Shown piece by piece: positions 43,121 through 60,515 of a stretch of 64,000 nucleotides of DNA. Where the stretch lies: the NCBI RefSeq assembly GCF_009914755.1, contig NC_060937.1. One strand, 5' to 3'. The notes beneath the pieces were generated by a model. It saw only the letters and a list, made by a program, of their open reading frames with translations, did not search any database and was not told the DNA's origin. Positions within the stretch are counted from its first letter, which is position 1, and the number at the start of each line of letters is the position of its first letter. The translations under genes and the position numbers were made by a program. The stretch comes from the human T2T-CHM13v2.0 reference genome, Homo sapiens.

Positions 43121-43419
43121 AGTTTATTAGAGGTATAGATAGATGGATATTTCCTATTAATGATACCATTGTTTAGTATCACTTTCCATTTTCTCTTTTT
43201 TCTTTTACTGCTTCTTTTATCTTCTCTCTTCTTTTTTTCTTCTCTTTTTTCTTCTTCTTCACCTACAGTTCTTCCGCCTCCCCACACCCACAAGTCTTAA
43301 ATTAAAAATCCCACTAAGTACTGAGCAAAAATTGTATTTCAGATTTATTTTTTAAAAACCCACTCATAATCACATCACTGTAACATTCCAGAGCTTTAAG
43401 CATAAATAGAAAATAATGA

Positions 43420-44637
<1,218 letters not shown>

Positions 44638-45439
44638 AGCTCTCTGAATCTTTACATTCAAGTGTCTATATATTATTATTTCAATTTCATCACATATTTC
44701 ATGTTCAGACCATAATGAACATAATGAAATATTTATCATTTAGTGAACAGATCATATCTGAGAACACAGGGTTTGGGAATGGATTATACATACCATATGC
44801 CATATATTTTAATCTATAGTAGCTATGATCATGTTTTGGTGGTATACTGTGTTTGTCCTGCTGAAAATTTTATTCTGGACATCTCAAATAACACTTGGTT
44901 GCAATCCACTGCAATCTTAAGTGAATTCTGCATTGCTGAGCTTTAATTACTTCAAGAATAAGCTAAGTGTGGCCTGTGATAATACATTCTTTTCCAAAAT
45001 CATCCATAAGTGTGGAATTTATAAGCATGGAATTTTTTCTGTTGCCTAAGTGGGAATGAGGTAACACTGTCTAACCATATCTGAGATTCAGCTAGAACTT
45101 GGTTATCTTCATGGAAAGAATGTCTCTGTGTTGCTTTATGGCTTTAAAACAGATATACTTTATTTTCTGAACTAATTATGATCTCATAGTGAAAAACTGA
45201 ATGCATTTTACTTTATTCTTCTTTTCATTGTGTCACTAATAGTTCCTGGCATCATACTGAGCTTCTACTAGACGTTCAATAGCTACTTGCCAAATTACCC
45301 TGATAATGTGACAGAAAGAAGTTACTGGCCTGAGCTCTTGGCTGTTAACTTCAAGTAGAATGACACCTTCACAGGAAATGTGACACTGTGGGTCTTGATA
45401 TTCTCTGGTCTTGATATTCTCCATTGTATCCTTGGAATT

Positions 45440-45625
45440 AGGCCAGCCACCTTGCCATAAGTCTGAAAAGGAGACTGACGCCAAGGATAGCAGAGCAGAG
45501 AGATGGAAAGAGCCTGGGTCCTTAGTACTATCATTGATCCAGCCCTCAGCCCATGCATTCTGTCCATATCCTATTATATGAGAAAATACTTTCCCATGAG
45601 GTTAAACTTTCTATTACTAGAGGCT
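45440..45625 (+). mobile_element. MLT1 (K/L-like) LTR fragment
   Basis: gccaccttgcca...gcagagcagagagatggaaagagcctgggtcctt...cattgatccagcc. Confidence 0.55.
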
Positions 45626-46699
45626 GGAAGGATAACAACTGGTGAAAATGAAAAGAAAAAAACTGACTTGCAGTTATTAAATATGTTAAAAATTGAAAAT
45701 CTTTTTTTTTCATAACACCCACATTTTCCTCTGAGTAAGTGGTAAGATCTGGGAAAACAAATAAAATAAACCTTAGAAATAGAAATGGTTGAATACTCTA
45801 GCTGAAAGGAAATAAAGACCAATTTGTCTAGCCCATTTCTTTAAATAGGGAATGTGGGGTGCAGAGAAATGTAAACCCTGCTCAGGGTCACTCAGCAAGT
45901 TTGGAGCATTTCAATATTAGATCTCAGGGCTGTGTTGGCCACTTCATACTGTCTCTCTACAGGGTTGTCAAAAAGAGTATTAAATGGAAAGAGGAGACTG
46001 AGACCTCAACAACATAGCTACCATTTCTGTGTGTTCATCAATGCCTGCTCACCTAAAACTTCACAGGATCCTTTAAAACTGCATCATTAACTTGAAGGGA
46101 TGTATAAATAAAACTGAGACATTATTATTTTATGTTTCATTTTATAGGAATATGCAATGTCAACACTTCCAGTGTTGTTTATAAATAATTAATAATTACA
46201 GGCACATTAGGGAGTTGAGGATTTTTTAAGAGATAGATGTGTCTGGTTTGGTTTATATCCTTTCTGATTAATGCACAACCTATGATACTTGTTCATTTCA
46301 TCCTGATTTAATTGTGAAATGTTATAGTCTTAATTTGGGGCCTACATTTTTATACCATACAGTTTCTTTGCTCATACCTCTTTGCCAACTTAATGTTTAA
46401 TATCATTTGTATTCCCACACCTCTGAATATTAAGCCACAGAAAGGTTTTTTGGTAATATAACTTATAGCTTCCATCAGAAGTGCTGGTGGAAATAATATC
46501 CCAGATTAATGCGACATTGAAATCTCAGGGTGTTGCACATTAAAAGGATAAACAAAGCTGCAGGCACTCTGGTTTGCAGCCTAAATTACGGGTCAGGGAG
46601 TTGAGACTTTGGGTCTACACATGATGTTAAAAGAGTTTTCATCATACACAAATCTATGCACCCCTTGCCTCCTGGCTGTCCATTGGCCACTCCCACTGT

Positions 46700-47200
46700 G
46701 GTTCATTCTAGAAGCATTTATAGAACACCTACTTTATACCCAATGGGGGGCAAGATGTGGAAAGCATGTTGGCAGGGGTAAAAAGTAAAGTACGGGTGAC
46801 CAAAGAGTAGCAGAAATATGACAAGGAATAACACAGTGACTCTGCCCATGAGGAATGTATAATCTAATGCGTGAACTAGCTAGTCAAGTAATTATGACAC
46901 ATTATGGTAAGTACTATAGTAATGGTTTGACCAAAGTACTATTGAATATAGAGGAGGGTACGGTTGCTTGAGGCTTTTCTGAGGATGTAACATATAAGCT
47001 GGATCTTTAAATATGAGCAGAATTCTGTGTGTGGATGAGAGAAGGAAGGATGGGAGTGTTTTGGGCCAGAAAAGATTATTCATAGTGGTAATCATGTTAA
47101 GAAAGTTATTGGTGAAGCATCTGTGAGAATGTAGTTCAGGAGGTCTAGGGTAGAGATGTGCATGGTGAGAAATTAAGCTGAAAAATCTAGATGATAAAAG
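46700..47200 (-). mobile_element. L2 fragments
   Basis: cattctagaagcatttatagaacacctact; ctctgcccatgaggaatgtataatctaatg; aagctggatctttaaatatgagcagaa. Confidence 0.5.
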
Positions 47201-48134
47201 ACCAATGGAACAATTCAATGAATGTTCACTTATTCTATTCACAGCATGATTTATAGTTAAAGGCTTCTTTCTTCCTCTCCAGGCACGTTGGTCAACTCTG
47301 CTTATTGATCAGTTATTTGTTGGTCTGTTCATCGTAATCTGCTATGGCCAGACCATCCTGCATGTGCATGCAAATCAGTGGAACATGTTGGTTTTTTGTC
47401 GTATAGAAAGGGCAAAAGGCTACATTTCACTGCTAGGTAACTTCAAACTGAGCACTATTTAAGATTGTATCTATGTCAATATAAATAAGGTCAATGATAA
47501 ACAATATCAGCAAGCAAACAGCAATAAAATAAGGTGAAATGGACTCTTATTGAACAATAAATGCATGTTTATCTGTGTCAGGTTCCTCTTTATTAATAAG
47601 TTAACAGCATAAAGACTTTTCCTTATCATGCATATGTTTCTCTGTATAACAAATTAATCTCCAAGATTCTTTTGGAGTCTCTGCTATTCTTGCCAAAGCT
47701 AGTCTTGCAGTAATTGTTGCTTGAGAAGAGAAGATTACCCATGAGTCTAGGTCTTAGTCATGTTAATTGTAGAGAAGGTGCTATCATTTTTCCTTGACAT
47801 TATAATGGTTTAGGGATAGTTGACTCAGTTTCCTTTACAAATTAAACCTAGTGTTTAGGAAAAAGAGTCAAAGATAGTTTGTATATTTATGCCTACCTCA
47901 TAACAAGAAGGATTCACATGTACTGATCCATGAAATGCTGAAAACAACACACTGAAGGGAAATCCCGAGTTCCTGAAATCCAGCAAGTTTAAGTCCCCAT
48001 TGCACATACGTGTACCATGCACCGTGTGCTTTAAGGTCAGAGTGTGCGTAAAGTCATAGAAATAGAGACCTTGGCAATGCAAAATGACATTAGAGCTCAT
48101 CTAGCCTAAGCCAGAAGACTGTGCTCCATCCTAG

Positions 48135-48350
48135 AAAGCCTTGTAGAGGAGTGGAAGGGTACAAAGCAGAGAATCAGAAGACCTGGGTTCTAGGCTCGAT
48201 AATTTAATTTCTGCTATTAATAGATCTTGGGCGTGTCCCTTAACCTCTATTTGTCCTCACCGCACAGAGATATGTTGGGACACAAACTAGAAAATAGTTA
48301 TGGACTCTCTGTGAGTAGTGAAAATGAATTATTATTACTATCATTATCAC
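48135..48350 (+). mobile_element. MIR
   Basis: gagtggaagggtac...gaatcagaagacctgggttctaggctc...tcttgggcgtgtcccttaacctct. Confidence 0.65.
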
Positions 48351-49634
48351 TGCTTATAGTAGGAACAGCATTATTGCTATGAGACTTTCTGATCATTTAA
48401 GTAGAACTAGACTATATTTTACCTCTCTACTCTCTGGAGAGAAAAGTTTGGCATGCCAAGTTTGAAATAAATGAGATTCAATAGCACATTTTTAATGTGC
48501 TAAAATATTTTCAAATGCTTTCCAATGCCATTTGCATATAAACAATTTGCTAATTACAGATAAATTATTCAGTTATTAAAATAGGCCCTACAGTAGATAT
48601 ATCTGGCAGTATTTTAGTGGTTGCTTTTTCTTATTTTACTTCAAAATAATTGATTTGTATTTCTTCAAAAGTATTTTATTGTGGACTTTTTTTTTTTTGC
48701 CAATTCACTTGTCCTTACTTCATACTCCATTCCTCCCGAATATTCTGAATCAATAAATCTTTAATGAACTAGTTCATCTAATGCTTGAAACAACTTTTAA
48801 CTCTAAAGCCTAAACTGTTGGTGCTGCCTGGGTCTCTGCCTGCAATGAGCTATTGCATTCAAGACACAAGGGCAATATTCTAACACAGTGACTGTTCAAC
48901 TTCCAAGATGCATATTGGAAAAGTGTCCCAGTGAACTATACCTTATCCATTCTAATTCCAAGAAGCAATGATAGGCACATTGTGTAACACTGAATAATCC
49001 CCAAATCATTCATGTACGTCAGACTTCAGAGTATGGTGTTTGCATTTATATTTCATATGATAGTTATCCTATTCAATGAACAATTCATTTTCAGTGTTAT
49101 AATGAATCCTCACCCTAACTCAAGGACATGGTGCAGAGAAAAGAACTTAGACTAAGTGGATTCTAATCCCATTTCTACTAACGACTAGATGTGTAACATT
49201 GAGCAAGCTGCCTCACCTCTCCGGACCTACTTGGCTGGTAGACATTAAGTTCAGGTTAAAAATTAGAATGTCTTAGAGTTCTTTTCTTATTTCTATTTCC
49301 TGTGCGATATCTCCCTGTCTACTCTTAATGAAAATAGTGTTTTATGTTCCTGACTAAAGTACCTTTTATTTTTTTCTTTTAACTTTTATTTTAGGTAAAG
49401 AGGTACATATGCCTTTTTATGCTCTCTCAAAACTTTTGGGCCTATGGGCCTGCTTTTCTCAGGAGCCCACAGCCAGATGCATGACTCCATGAAGCAGAAA
49501 GCGGAGGCAGAGCACGAGAGGTCCTGTCCCTGCAAGAGCATCTGGGCCAAGAGAAAAGATACAGGAAGAAGGAATGGAATTGGAAGGAAGAAGTCTCATT
49601 TCAGAAATAAAATAGCTCCCCTCCTCTGTTGTAG

Positions 49635-49880
<246 letters not shown>

Positions 49881-49883
49881 TAG

Positions 49884-50221
<338 letters not shown>

Positions 50222-50251
50222 TAAGGACAGCTGATATCTCCTCCAATCTGA

Positions 50252-50347
<96 letters not shown>

Positions 50348-50350
50348 TAA

Positions 50351-50479
<129 letters not shown>

Positions 50480-52739
50480 TAAAGTGAGAAGGTGACAATC
50501 AGTTTTGCAGAGTATATTGCTTATTGACAGCACTGTTTCCAGAACCATACTCTTCATGCCCCGCCCCCTACAATCATTACTCCTGACACATGGCTGCATG
50601 ACCAGTCCCACTCCCCTGTGGGCACCAATGGCTGTGACATCACTGGAGCAGGTGCCTCCTCTTCCTGGTCCAGTTACTTCTATTACGGCACCATTTTCAG
50701 CTTCTGTTGCCAAGTCTGCCTCCCCTTAACTGAGGGGTGGTAGGTTACATTGAATGAAACAGAACTTGAGGGGCCCAAGCCTTATCTCAGCCTTCCCTTA
50801 GTATGAGGTTCTGGTGGACTGGGGCTCCTCCCTGACTAGTGGGAATTACTGTGTGGGTTCAGAAGAGCCTTGTCTGGTATTTGCCACATGGGTTTGGCCA
50901 CACTCTGAAGCTGGAATTGATGATCCACGAGGGTTGAACACACACACACCCCTGCAGCTGCCCCAGATCAAGTAGGTGTATTCCCCTGGTAGTCTGGGCA
51001 ATGGAGACCAACAAGAAACAGTTTTAGGTTGTTTCAAATTCCTGTTTTTAGACTTCCAGTTTATTGCATACCAAGAGTTGAATACAACCCTGATGATACA
51101 TAAGTGGATGCCACATCAGGGTTGGATGAGGGGATTACAAGTTATTCAAGACTTCTGGATGGAGACCCCCATCAAGATCAGAAGCCTTTTGGATGGAGTT
51201 GCAGATCTCATTGCTTGGCAAGCCATGGATATTTTCATTTTCATCCCACTCTTAGTTGGGTTTTCTGGCACTCTTCCTGCACCGAGCCTCCTGATTACTG
51301 AATAGACATCAGTGGCATAGCCTGCTGAAGAATGGAATGAAGATACCCATGGGAAGGTGTGATGTCACCACTGCACACAGGTGTGAAAGGAGAGGCCTCC
51401 TCCCTACCACTTGTCTACCTTGCTCACCTACTGGTAGCAGTGCCTATAGTTGGACCTATGTTCTCAGAAACATAGATGGGCAAATAAGCAGTTGAGTTAG
51501 GCTTTAGGAGGACACATCATAGGAGAGTGAGCATGCAGGGTCTCTGAGCTGGTTTTCTTTTCAGGCAGACATCTTGAGGGACCAGTAAGCAGGGGAGTCC
51601 TTTTTTCTAGTTTGCCTGTAGAAGTAGGAAGACTGTTGATGTTTCAGTCCTTTCAGGACTTTACAACATAGCTGTGTAATTTCACAAGGCAGATCTTTAG
51701 CTTGCCTAACAGGTTTGGAATCTTCACCCCACCAGGGCAAATTTCCAAATAGCTTGTTTTAATCTAGGCAATTCCAACTTTCATGTGACGTATTTCCCCT
51801 TTTTATTGTTGCTGATTTCCATGTTTCTGTCAGCAAGTTTTCTTCTCGCCTTGCTTGTTCTTCACTTGTTTGGTGGCAAAGTTCGTAGAACTAGGGAACT
51901 TGGAAGATGCTTTGAAAACATTGTCACAAAGGCACTGCTAAATGATGCACAGAAGTGGCCAGTGGGAAGAAGTGATCCCAAGGACCTGACACTGGTTTTC
52001 AACAACATCTCAGAAAACTCGTCAAGTGGACTGGGTGCCACGCCAGTGAACACAATGTTTTGATTTAATTATTTTTAAAAGTTGATGTGGTGATGGTGTG
52101 GCTTCCCGAAATGGGCAGATATTCAAGTCAGAAGAGCTTTTGCATTTTCTCCTGCCAGGAATGGGGGAGAGGGAGCGGGGGCACATGTGAGAAAGAACAC
52201 GTGTACTGTTCTAGGCATCGCCGTCAAGTTTCTGGAAGGGAACGGGCGAGGGTGTGTTGGTTTGCTTGGCACTGTCCTGTGCTGCTTGAGAGGACCTGGG
52301 ATGTGCAAGGGAAATGTGATGACAGGGTGCACAGGCCACAGCCCCCTCACTGCTGTACTGGGTTCCCGCAGCCTGCCACGTTTCCCTTGACAATGTAAAT
52401 GAAGATGGAAGGATTGTTTTTATGACTTCCTGCTGCTGAGAATAAATGTCTTGTTAAAAACAGATGGGGCAACAATTACTCTTAGGTGTCATGGATTGAT
52501 GTCAGGGTGATCAGCTCTGGACTAAGCCACCCACCTCCAATTTGAAGAATTATATAGGTCTACACTCATTACTGTGCAAGTGTTCTAGGTCAAAAGTTGT
52601 GTTTAATTTCAAAGAATAAAGAAAGCAAAAAAATATTGCTAAACTTTCACCCTTGAGCATGCACGCTTAGTGATATTGGCCACGCAAGAATTTACAGTGC
52701 CATGCTCCTTAAGCTGATTTTTTTCTTGTAGAAATGTTG

Positions 52740-54008
<1,269 letters not shown>

Positions 54009-54628
54009 ATAGATCTTTTTAATTACATTTTATTGACCATGGAGTAGGATACCTAGTATTTAAGAAAATGAATAGAAGATTTAAAATGCCAAGTGGTGGT
54101 GAAAGAAATTCAGTGCCCAAGAATCGGGCTGGTTAAGTGCAGCACCACACCAAAGTGGACTCTGGTTTTTGGAGTGAAGAAGCCTTCCTCCCCGCACATT
54201 CCCTTATCCTCCCACACAAGTCCAGCAATGGAAATGCTTCAGTTCCTCTTTCCTTGTCAAGAGGACTCAGGAGTAAACCAAGGAAAACTATTTGGCTCCA
54301 TGAGGAATGAGCACTGTCAGTATCCATCCTGAACAGGGCCTAGTCAGGAAGCAGTCTGGAAGTGTATGGTCAAGGTTGCCTCATAAAAATGTGTGGCTGG
54401 TGGGTCTCAGGAAAAATGCCAAGTTTGGGTCATCCACGTGGCAGTTTTCCATGTGGAGATGAAGCTCCGAGCTGAAGCTGAATTGCCTTCCACACACTTG
54501 ACGAAGGCACTGATGAGGGTGCCCACTACCTGCAGTGTGAGTGGTGGGTTTAAAGAAAAGGGAATGTTTTCTGCCGTTTCCTTTGTCCTTGGGCTGCTGA
54601 AGCTGGAGAGTAGGTAGCCACTGTTTTC

Positions 54629-54898
54629 TTTTATTTACTTATTTATTTATTTATTTATTAGACAGGGTCTCACTCTGCCACCTAGGCTGTAGTGCAATGG
54701 TGTGATCTCAGCTCACTTCAACCTCTGCTTTCCGGGTCAAGCGGTTCTCCCACCTCAGCCTCCCAGGTAGCTGGGATTACAGGCACACACCACCATGCCT
54801 GGCTAATTTTTTTGTTTTTAGTAGAGATGGCGTTTCACTATGTTGGCCAGGCTGGTCTTGAATTCCTGACCTCAAGTCATGAGCCACCGGGCCCGGCC
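54629..54898 (-). mobile_element. AluS/J with a ~40-bp internal deletion in the left arm
   Basis: The junction ctcaagt|catgagccacc lacks gatcc...gggattacagg; perfect TSD gtagccactgttttc (54614 and 54900). Confidence 0.95.
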
Positions 54899-55574
54899 AG
54901 TAGCCACTGTTTTCAAGGAACTAGCCCAAATTCTCTGGCTTGGTTTGGAGTTTGTTTCATCCCTAGCTGTGAGTGCCTTTTGGTCTAGAAACTTGGCTTG
55001 TCTCATAATAACCCAGAGCTAGGACATTCTCTGTAATTATGAATTGTCCTTGTTTTACATTAAAAGAGTATGTCTTTGATCGCTAGAGTTTGCACGATTA
55101 AATTATTTCCACTGTGAGATTCTTAAATTTTTTGCTTCATCATATTAAAATAACTCATGTTAGAGGTCCTTTCAACATGAAAGCTTTGTAGGTGAGATAG
55201 TATATATATATTTTACTGTTTATAATAAAAATCATTAATACAAAATAAGTCCTGGGTTTTAATTTTAATATTTTGTACAAGATCTGTTTTCCATAATGTG
55301 TTGACAGCTACAATTTCACTAACTGTTGATGTTATTTTCTATAGGGATTCTGGAGCCTAGGGAGCTATGTGGTTTTTTCATTTTCACTTTTAATACCCTG
55401 AAGCAAGAGACTATATGACCTTCAGTGCAAAGACTTCAGACCAATTCTTTGTATTACACTTGGTTGCCTCTTAGCTATATAACTCCTGAGTGCAAATCAA
55501 CAAACTCTTTAGTGAAGTATTGTAGAGAATAAATCATAATGGACTAAAAAAAAACTTTTTAGATCCTGTAGGAC

Positions 55575-55643
55575 TGTGAAGCTGCCACACCAGTCCATGG
55601 ATTGCCTACTTACACAAGAGAAAAATAAACTTCTGTTGTGTTA
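55575..55643 (+). mobile_element. Short MLT1-like LTR fragment containing a poly(A) signal, followed by A13
   Basis: gctgccacaccagtccatggattgcctact...gagaaaaataaacttctgttgtgttaa resembles the MLT1 R region. Confidence 0.5.
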
Positions 55644-56272
55644 AAAAAAAAAAAAGTTTGTAGAATTGGTAGAATATTTGGCTTAGCCTTTCATTTAAAC
55701 AAAAAAAGAAGTCAACAAGCCAATGCTAAGCGAGATATCATCAGGGCAAAAACATCAGTTAAGCTAATTCAAGAAATACCATTATTTTTTTCTACCCAGG
55801 AAGCCTAAGTTCTAGCCCTTTCTCTGCCATAGACAAATTAGGTGACCTTGAGTGAGTCACTGTTTGGGGTTGCCCTGATGGCATTTCTAGAGTGACAGAG
55901 GTCATGGACACTCACTGTGATCCCCTGTGAGTGCTACTGGTATGATATGGTATGATTCTATGCAAATGATCTGACATAAGGAAGTCATGTGCTGGATAAT
56001 GAACAATATAATCTCTCTCCTAGATAATTGAATGCTGCTATCTTATATTTGAGTTGATAATTAATTTTCTCTGTTTAGAGATTTTTCACATTTTCTTCAA
56101 CTTTTATTTACTATATAATACCTTAAGATTTAAACTAATCAGCAACTGGTATCCTTATATAAATATTTTTCTCCAAAATCCCTCTAAACTGCCTTCTAAG
56201 AGTCAATTTGACTGAGGAATATTTTTTTTCTTATTCATTAATGAATAAGCATCTTCCAGGACCCCATCCAGA

Positions 56273-56295
56273 CATATATATATATATATATATAT
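56273..56295. repeat. (TA)n microsatellite
   Basis: Seen directly in the sequence. Confidence 0.9.
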
Positions 56296-57211
56296 TTATG
56301 AAGAGTGTAATCCATACTCAGCTTTCAGTTTCACATAGCATATTAACATGAGCCTTTCCTAAAAGATTTCTGTATAACATTATCATTTTCACCTTCACTA
56401 AACAACTCTGTAATGGAAGCAGCTAAGTCACGTATGTTTGCTACTTTGGTCAACACTTTGTTTTTTTTTTTTGCAAAATAGTTGTACCTTATAGATGAGT
56501 TCTCAGCAGTAAGCCCATTTAAAATTTTTTATGCCTCATGATCCTGACAACACATCAAGAGGAGCTGATTTAGGAAAACACAGATTGTTTGCTAATCCCT
56601 ACCGTGAGTGACTTTCTTACTAATTATTTTTTGACTTTGAACCTTTTAAAAATTTTCTTTGAAGGTAATTATTGTGTGGAAAGATTTTTTTGATTAAGCA
56701 AATATTGACTTTAGAACCTCTCTTTAAATCATGTTCTTTTTTAAGGTGCATGACGAAAATAAATTACTTAAAATATTGTTTTCTATGTACTCATTTATGT
56801 AGATTTTGCTTTTTACTTACATAGAAGATTTTTCTTAGAATTCAGGCTTCTCATCTATTCCCTTATGTTTTAATAGATACATACAAACCCACAGAATGCT
56901 TTATTTATTTCAAGCCTTTAACATTTAAATAATCAGCCTTCCTAAAATGATTGAAAATTGGATCTCTGAGTTTTAATAATTTCATAAGAAGTAAGAAAAA
57001 AATAATGGAAGTTTTAGTTTTTATTGGTGATAGAATCAAATTTACCTGTAGAATAAAATGAGATAGAATGGTTTAATAGAGGGGCTTTATCAAATTACTT
57101 TAAACAGAAAAGTTAAAAGAACTTGCTTAATTTCTATTTCATACATGCTTTTTTGATTAGTTGATAACAGGGAAAATTACAAGTTTCAAACCATACTAGT
57201 ATACCATTTGA

Positions 57212-57591
<380 letters not shown>

Positions 57592-58084
57592 AACAACTAC
57601 TTTTTGAGTCCGTTTTTGGATGATCAGCACTGCCGGAAGAAGTAGCACCAGACAGCTTTTGTCCTCAGGAAGCTGAGACAGTAGTCTTGGTGAGATAAGT
57701 ACCCAACAACACCTACAGAATGTATGCATGTTAGCTTTCAAAAAGCAAAACAAGGTAATGAACAATGTTGATACAAAAGCAATTTTAGAAAGTAAGTCAA
57801 AATAATCTGGATTGAGAAAGAGGAAATATGGATTCATGTACTCATGGCTACTGGAGGTGTAGGAAGAAAGACCAAGCCAAGGGGAGCAGGGAAAAAAAGG
57901 AGCATGTTGAGGATATAGACTTCACTGAGAGTTTGTACTGAAGTGGGGAACAGGAAAGTTCTGGAGATCTCCAGTGCTGGCTGGGAAGGCATTTGAGTGG
58001 AATCCAATTCTAGTCATAATACCAGATTCCAGCCAAGACACCTAAGCAAGTGAGGACTTGTACAATCTGTCTAAAGAGAACATT

Positions 58085-58255
58085 TTCTATTCAACTCCAG
58101 CTGTTGCAGCCATGAGCAAATGCAGATCTGGTGTCTAGATCTTCAGATTTTTCAAGGCATCCAGACACAAAGATTTTAAAGAAAATGCTCTTCATTTTAA
58201 ACATTGACTCCTTTTTAAAAACCACTGCAGGAGCCAAATTAAAGATGTCTGCTGT
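58085..58255. mobile_element. hAT-type MER fragment (subfamily uncertain)
   Basis: agatcttcagatttttcaagg...aaaaccactgcaggagccaaattaaagatgtctg. Confidence 0.4.
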
Positions 58256-58892
58256 CATGATACAGCCTAAGAAGGACAGGTTTGCAATTCTGCACAATCT
58301 TGAGAACCACCAGAAGATTTAAACGTGAGAATGACATAATGCTAACAGGGAATTAGAGAGAGGATCTTGGTAATCATGTGAGAAATTAGCAGGAATCAGA
58401 TCTACACAAAAGTGGATCTGTGGAAACTAGATCTGAGGGTCTAATTTAAAAGAAATTTCCAAAGAAGTGACAGAATTTGCAAAGTTTATTAGTTCACATA
58501 TGAAAATAAAATTCATGGAAAGAAGCCTATCCCAAGATCTTGTACTTGAGATTCCAGGATGATGGGGACAGAAAATGGAAAGTTGAGGACTTACGGGACA
58601 ATGAGAACCATTTCTTAAATATGTTCCAGTTTTCATGGAGATACTGGAGGGATATCCTGAAGCAAGTTGGAGATTTTGAACTAATGAGTAGGAGATGTAA
58701 ATTTCAGAATTGATTAGGTACTTATCTGATCTCCTGTATAAATAATATATATTTGTACATATTTCCTCTCCTACATATAGAAATCATTTATCTTTCATTT
58801 TTGAACTTGGGCAATGTAGCAGATCGGCTCATTTTCCAAATATGTTCCATCCTCTATTTACATATGCATATATTTGTCCATTCATGCATGCA

Positions 58893-59081
58893 TAGTGTTG
58901 CCAGATTTTGTAGATAAAATGCAGGAAGCCCAGTTAAATTTTGATTTTAGATAAACTACAAATAATTTTTTTGTATAAGTATGTTCCAAATACTGCATGG
59001 GATATTTTATACCAAAAATTATTCGTTGTTCATCTGAAATCAAAATTTAACTAGGATTCTATGTTTTATCTGGCCACTCCA
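58893..59081. mobile_element. MER53 palindromic MITE
   Basis: tagtgttgccagatt...cccagttaaatttt...tataagtatgttcc...catctgaaatcaaaatttaactagg...atctggccac; 8-bp TSD tgcatgca/tgcatgaa. Confidence 0.88.
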
Positions 59082-59250
59082 TGCATGAACGCTTCCAGGT
59101 CATCATCCTATTTCTCTAGAACCCCAGCCATAGTCTTCTTACTTGCCCCTTTGTTTTCACCTTTGCCCCTCTAACTGCCATTTTGCATCCAACAGGCAGG
59201 GTGATTTTTAAAACTCTATTTATGTCATTTCCTTGCTTAAAACGTTTTAA

Positions 59251-59577
<327 letters not shown>

Positions 59578-59894
59578 AATGGCTTCACTTTCTACTAAGA
59601 ATAAAATTCCAACATCTTACCATGACTTTGATCATCTAGTCCATGCGTTCTGCCCAACCTCATTTTGAATGTGCTTTTCTCCACCATACTGGTTAAGTTT
59701 AGCTCCTTTACCCTTCTTAATTTTTTTCAAACCATTCTAACTGGTTTGTACCCTAGGCCTTTTGAACTTGCTGTGCTCTTTGCTTAGAATGCTGTTTCTC
59801 CAAGATTTTGTTCATACGGCTCTTTATCATCAGTCAAGTCTTAACTCCAATGAGACCTCCTTAGAGAGGCCTCCCCTGATCACTCTTATCTAAA

Positions 59895-60088
59895 GATGAG
59901 TTTCTCAACCTCTACGCTATTGAGATTTTGGATTGTCTAATTCTTTGTGGTTGGCTGTCCTGTGCATTGTAAGATGCTTAGCATCCCTAGCCTCTGTGAA
60001 CTAGCTGCCTTATTAGTGACAATTAAAAATGTCTTTAGGTATCACCAAATGGCTTCAGGGACAAAATAATCCCTGGTTGAGAATCGCT
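59895..60088. mobile_element. MER20
   Basis: tttctcaacctc...ctattgagattttgga...taattctttgtgg...ctgtcctgtgcattgtaagatg...gtgacaattaaaaatgtct...cctggttgagaatcgct. Confidence 0.88.
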
Positions 60089-60203
60089 AAAGCAAACAGC
60101 CCCCTTCCATTTTATTTCTCTTACACTATCATATTTACCTAAGTTCACAGCACTTATGACTATCTGCATTCATTCTATTTGAGTTTGTTACTTGTTCAAC
60201 ATC

Positions 60204-60515
60204 TTTTTGTTTGTTTTTTGTTTTTTGAGACAGAGTTTCGCTCTTATTGCCCAGGCTGGAGTGCAGTGACACAATCTCGATCTCAGCTCACTGCAGCCTT
60301 CGCCTCCTGAGTTCAAGAGATTCTCCTGCCTCACCCTCCCAAGTAGCTGGGATTACAGTCATGTGCCACCACCCCCAGCTAATTTTTGTATTTTTAGTAG
60401 AGATGGGGTTGCACCATGTTGGCCAGACTGGTCTTGAACTCCTGATCTCAAGTGATCTGCCCACCTCAGCCTCCCAAAGTGCTGAGATTACAGGTACGAG
60501 CCACCACACCTAGCC
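60204..60515 (-). mobile_element. AluS (Sq/Sx-like)
   Basis: gagtttcgctcttattgcccagg; TSD tcaacatct. Confidence 0.95.

Noticed and set aside
45391-45421. 15-bp direct repeat ggtcttgatattctc, two copies
   Set aside because: An ordinary slippage micro-duplication.
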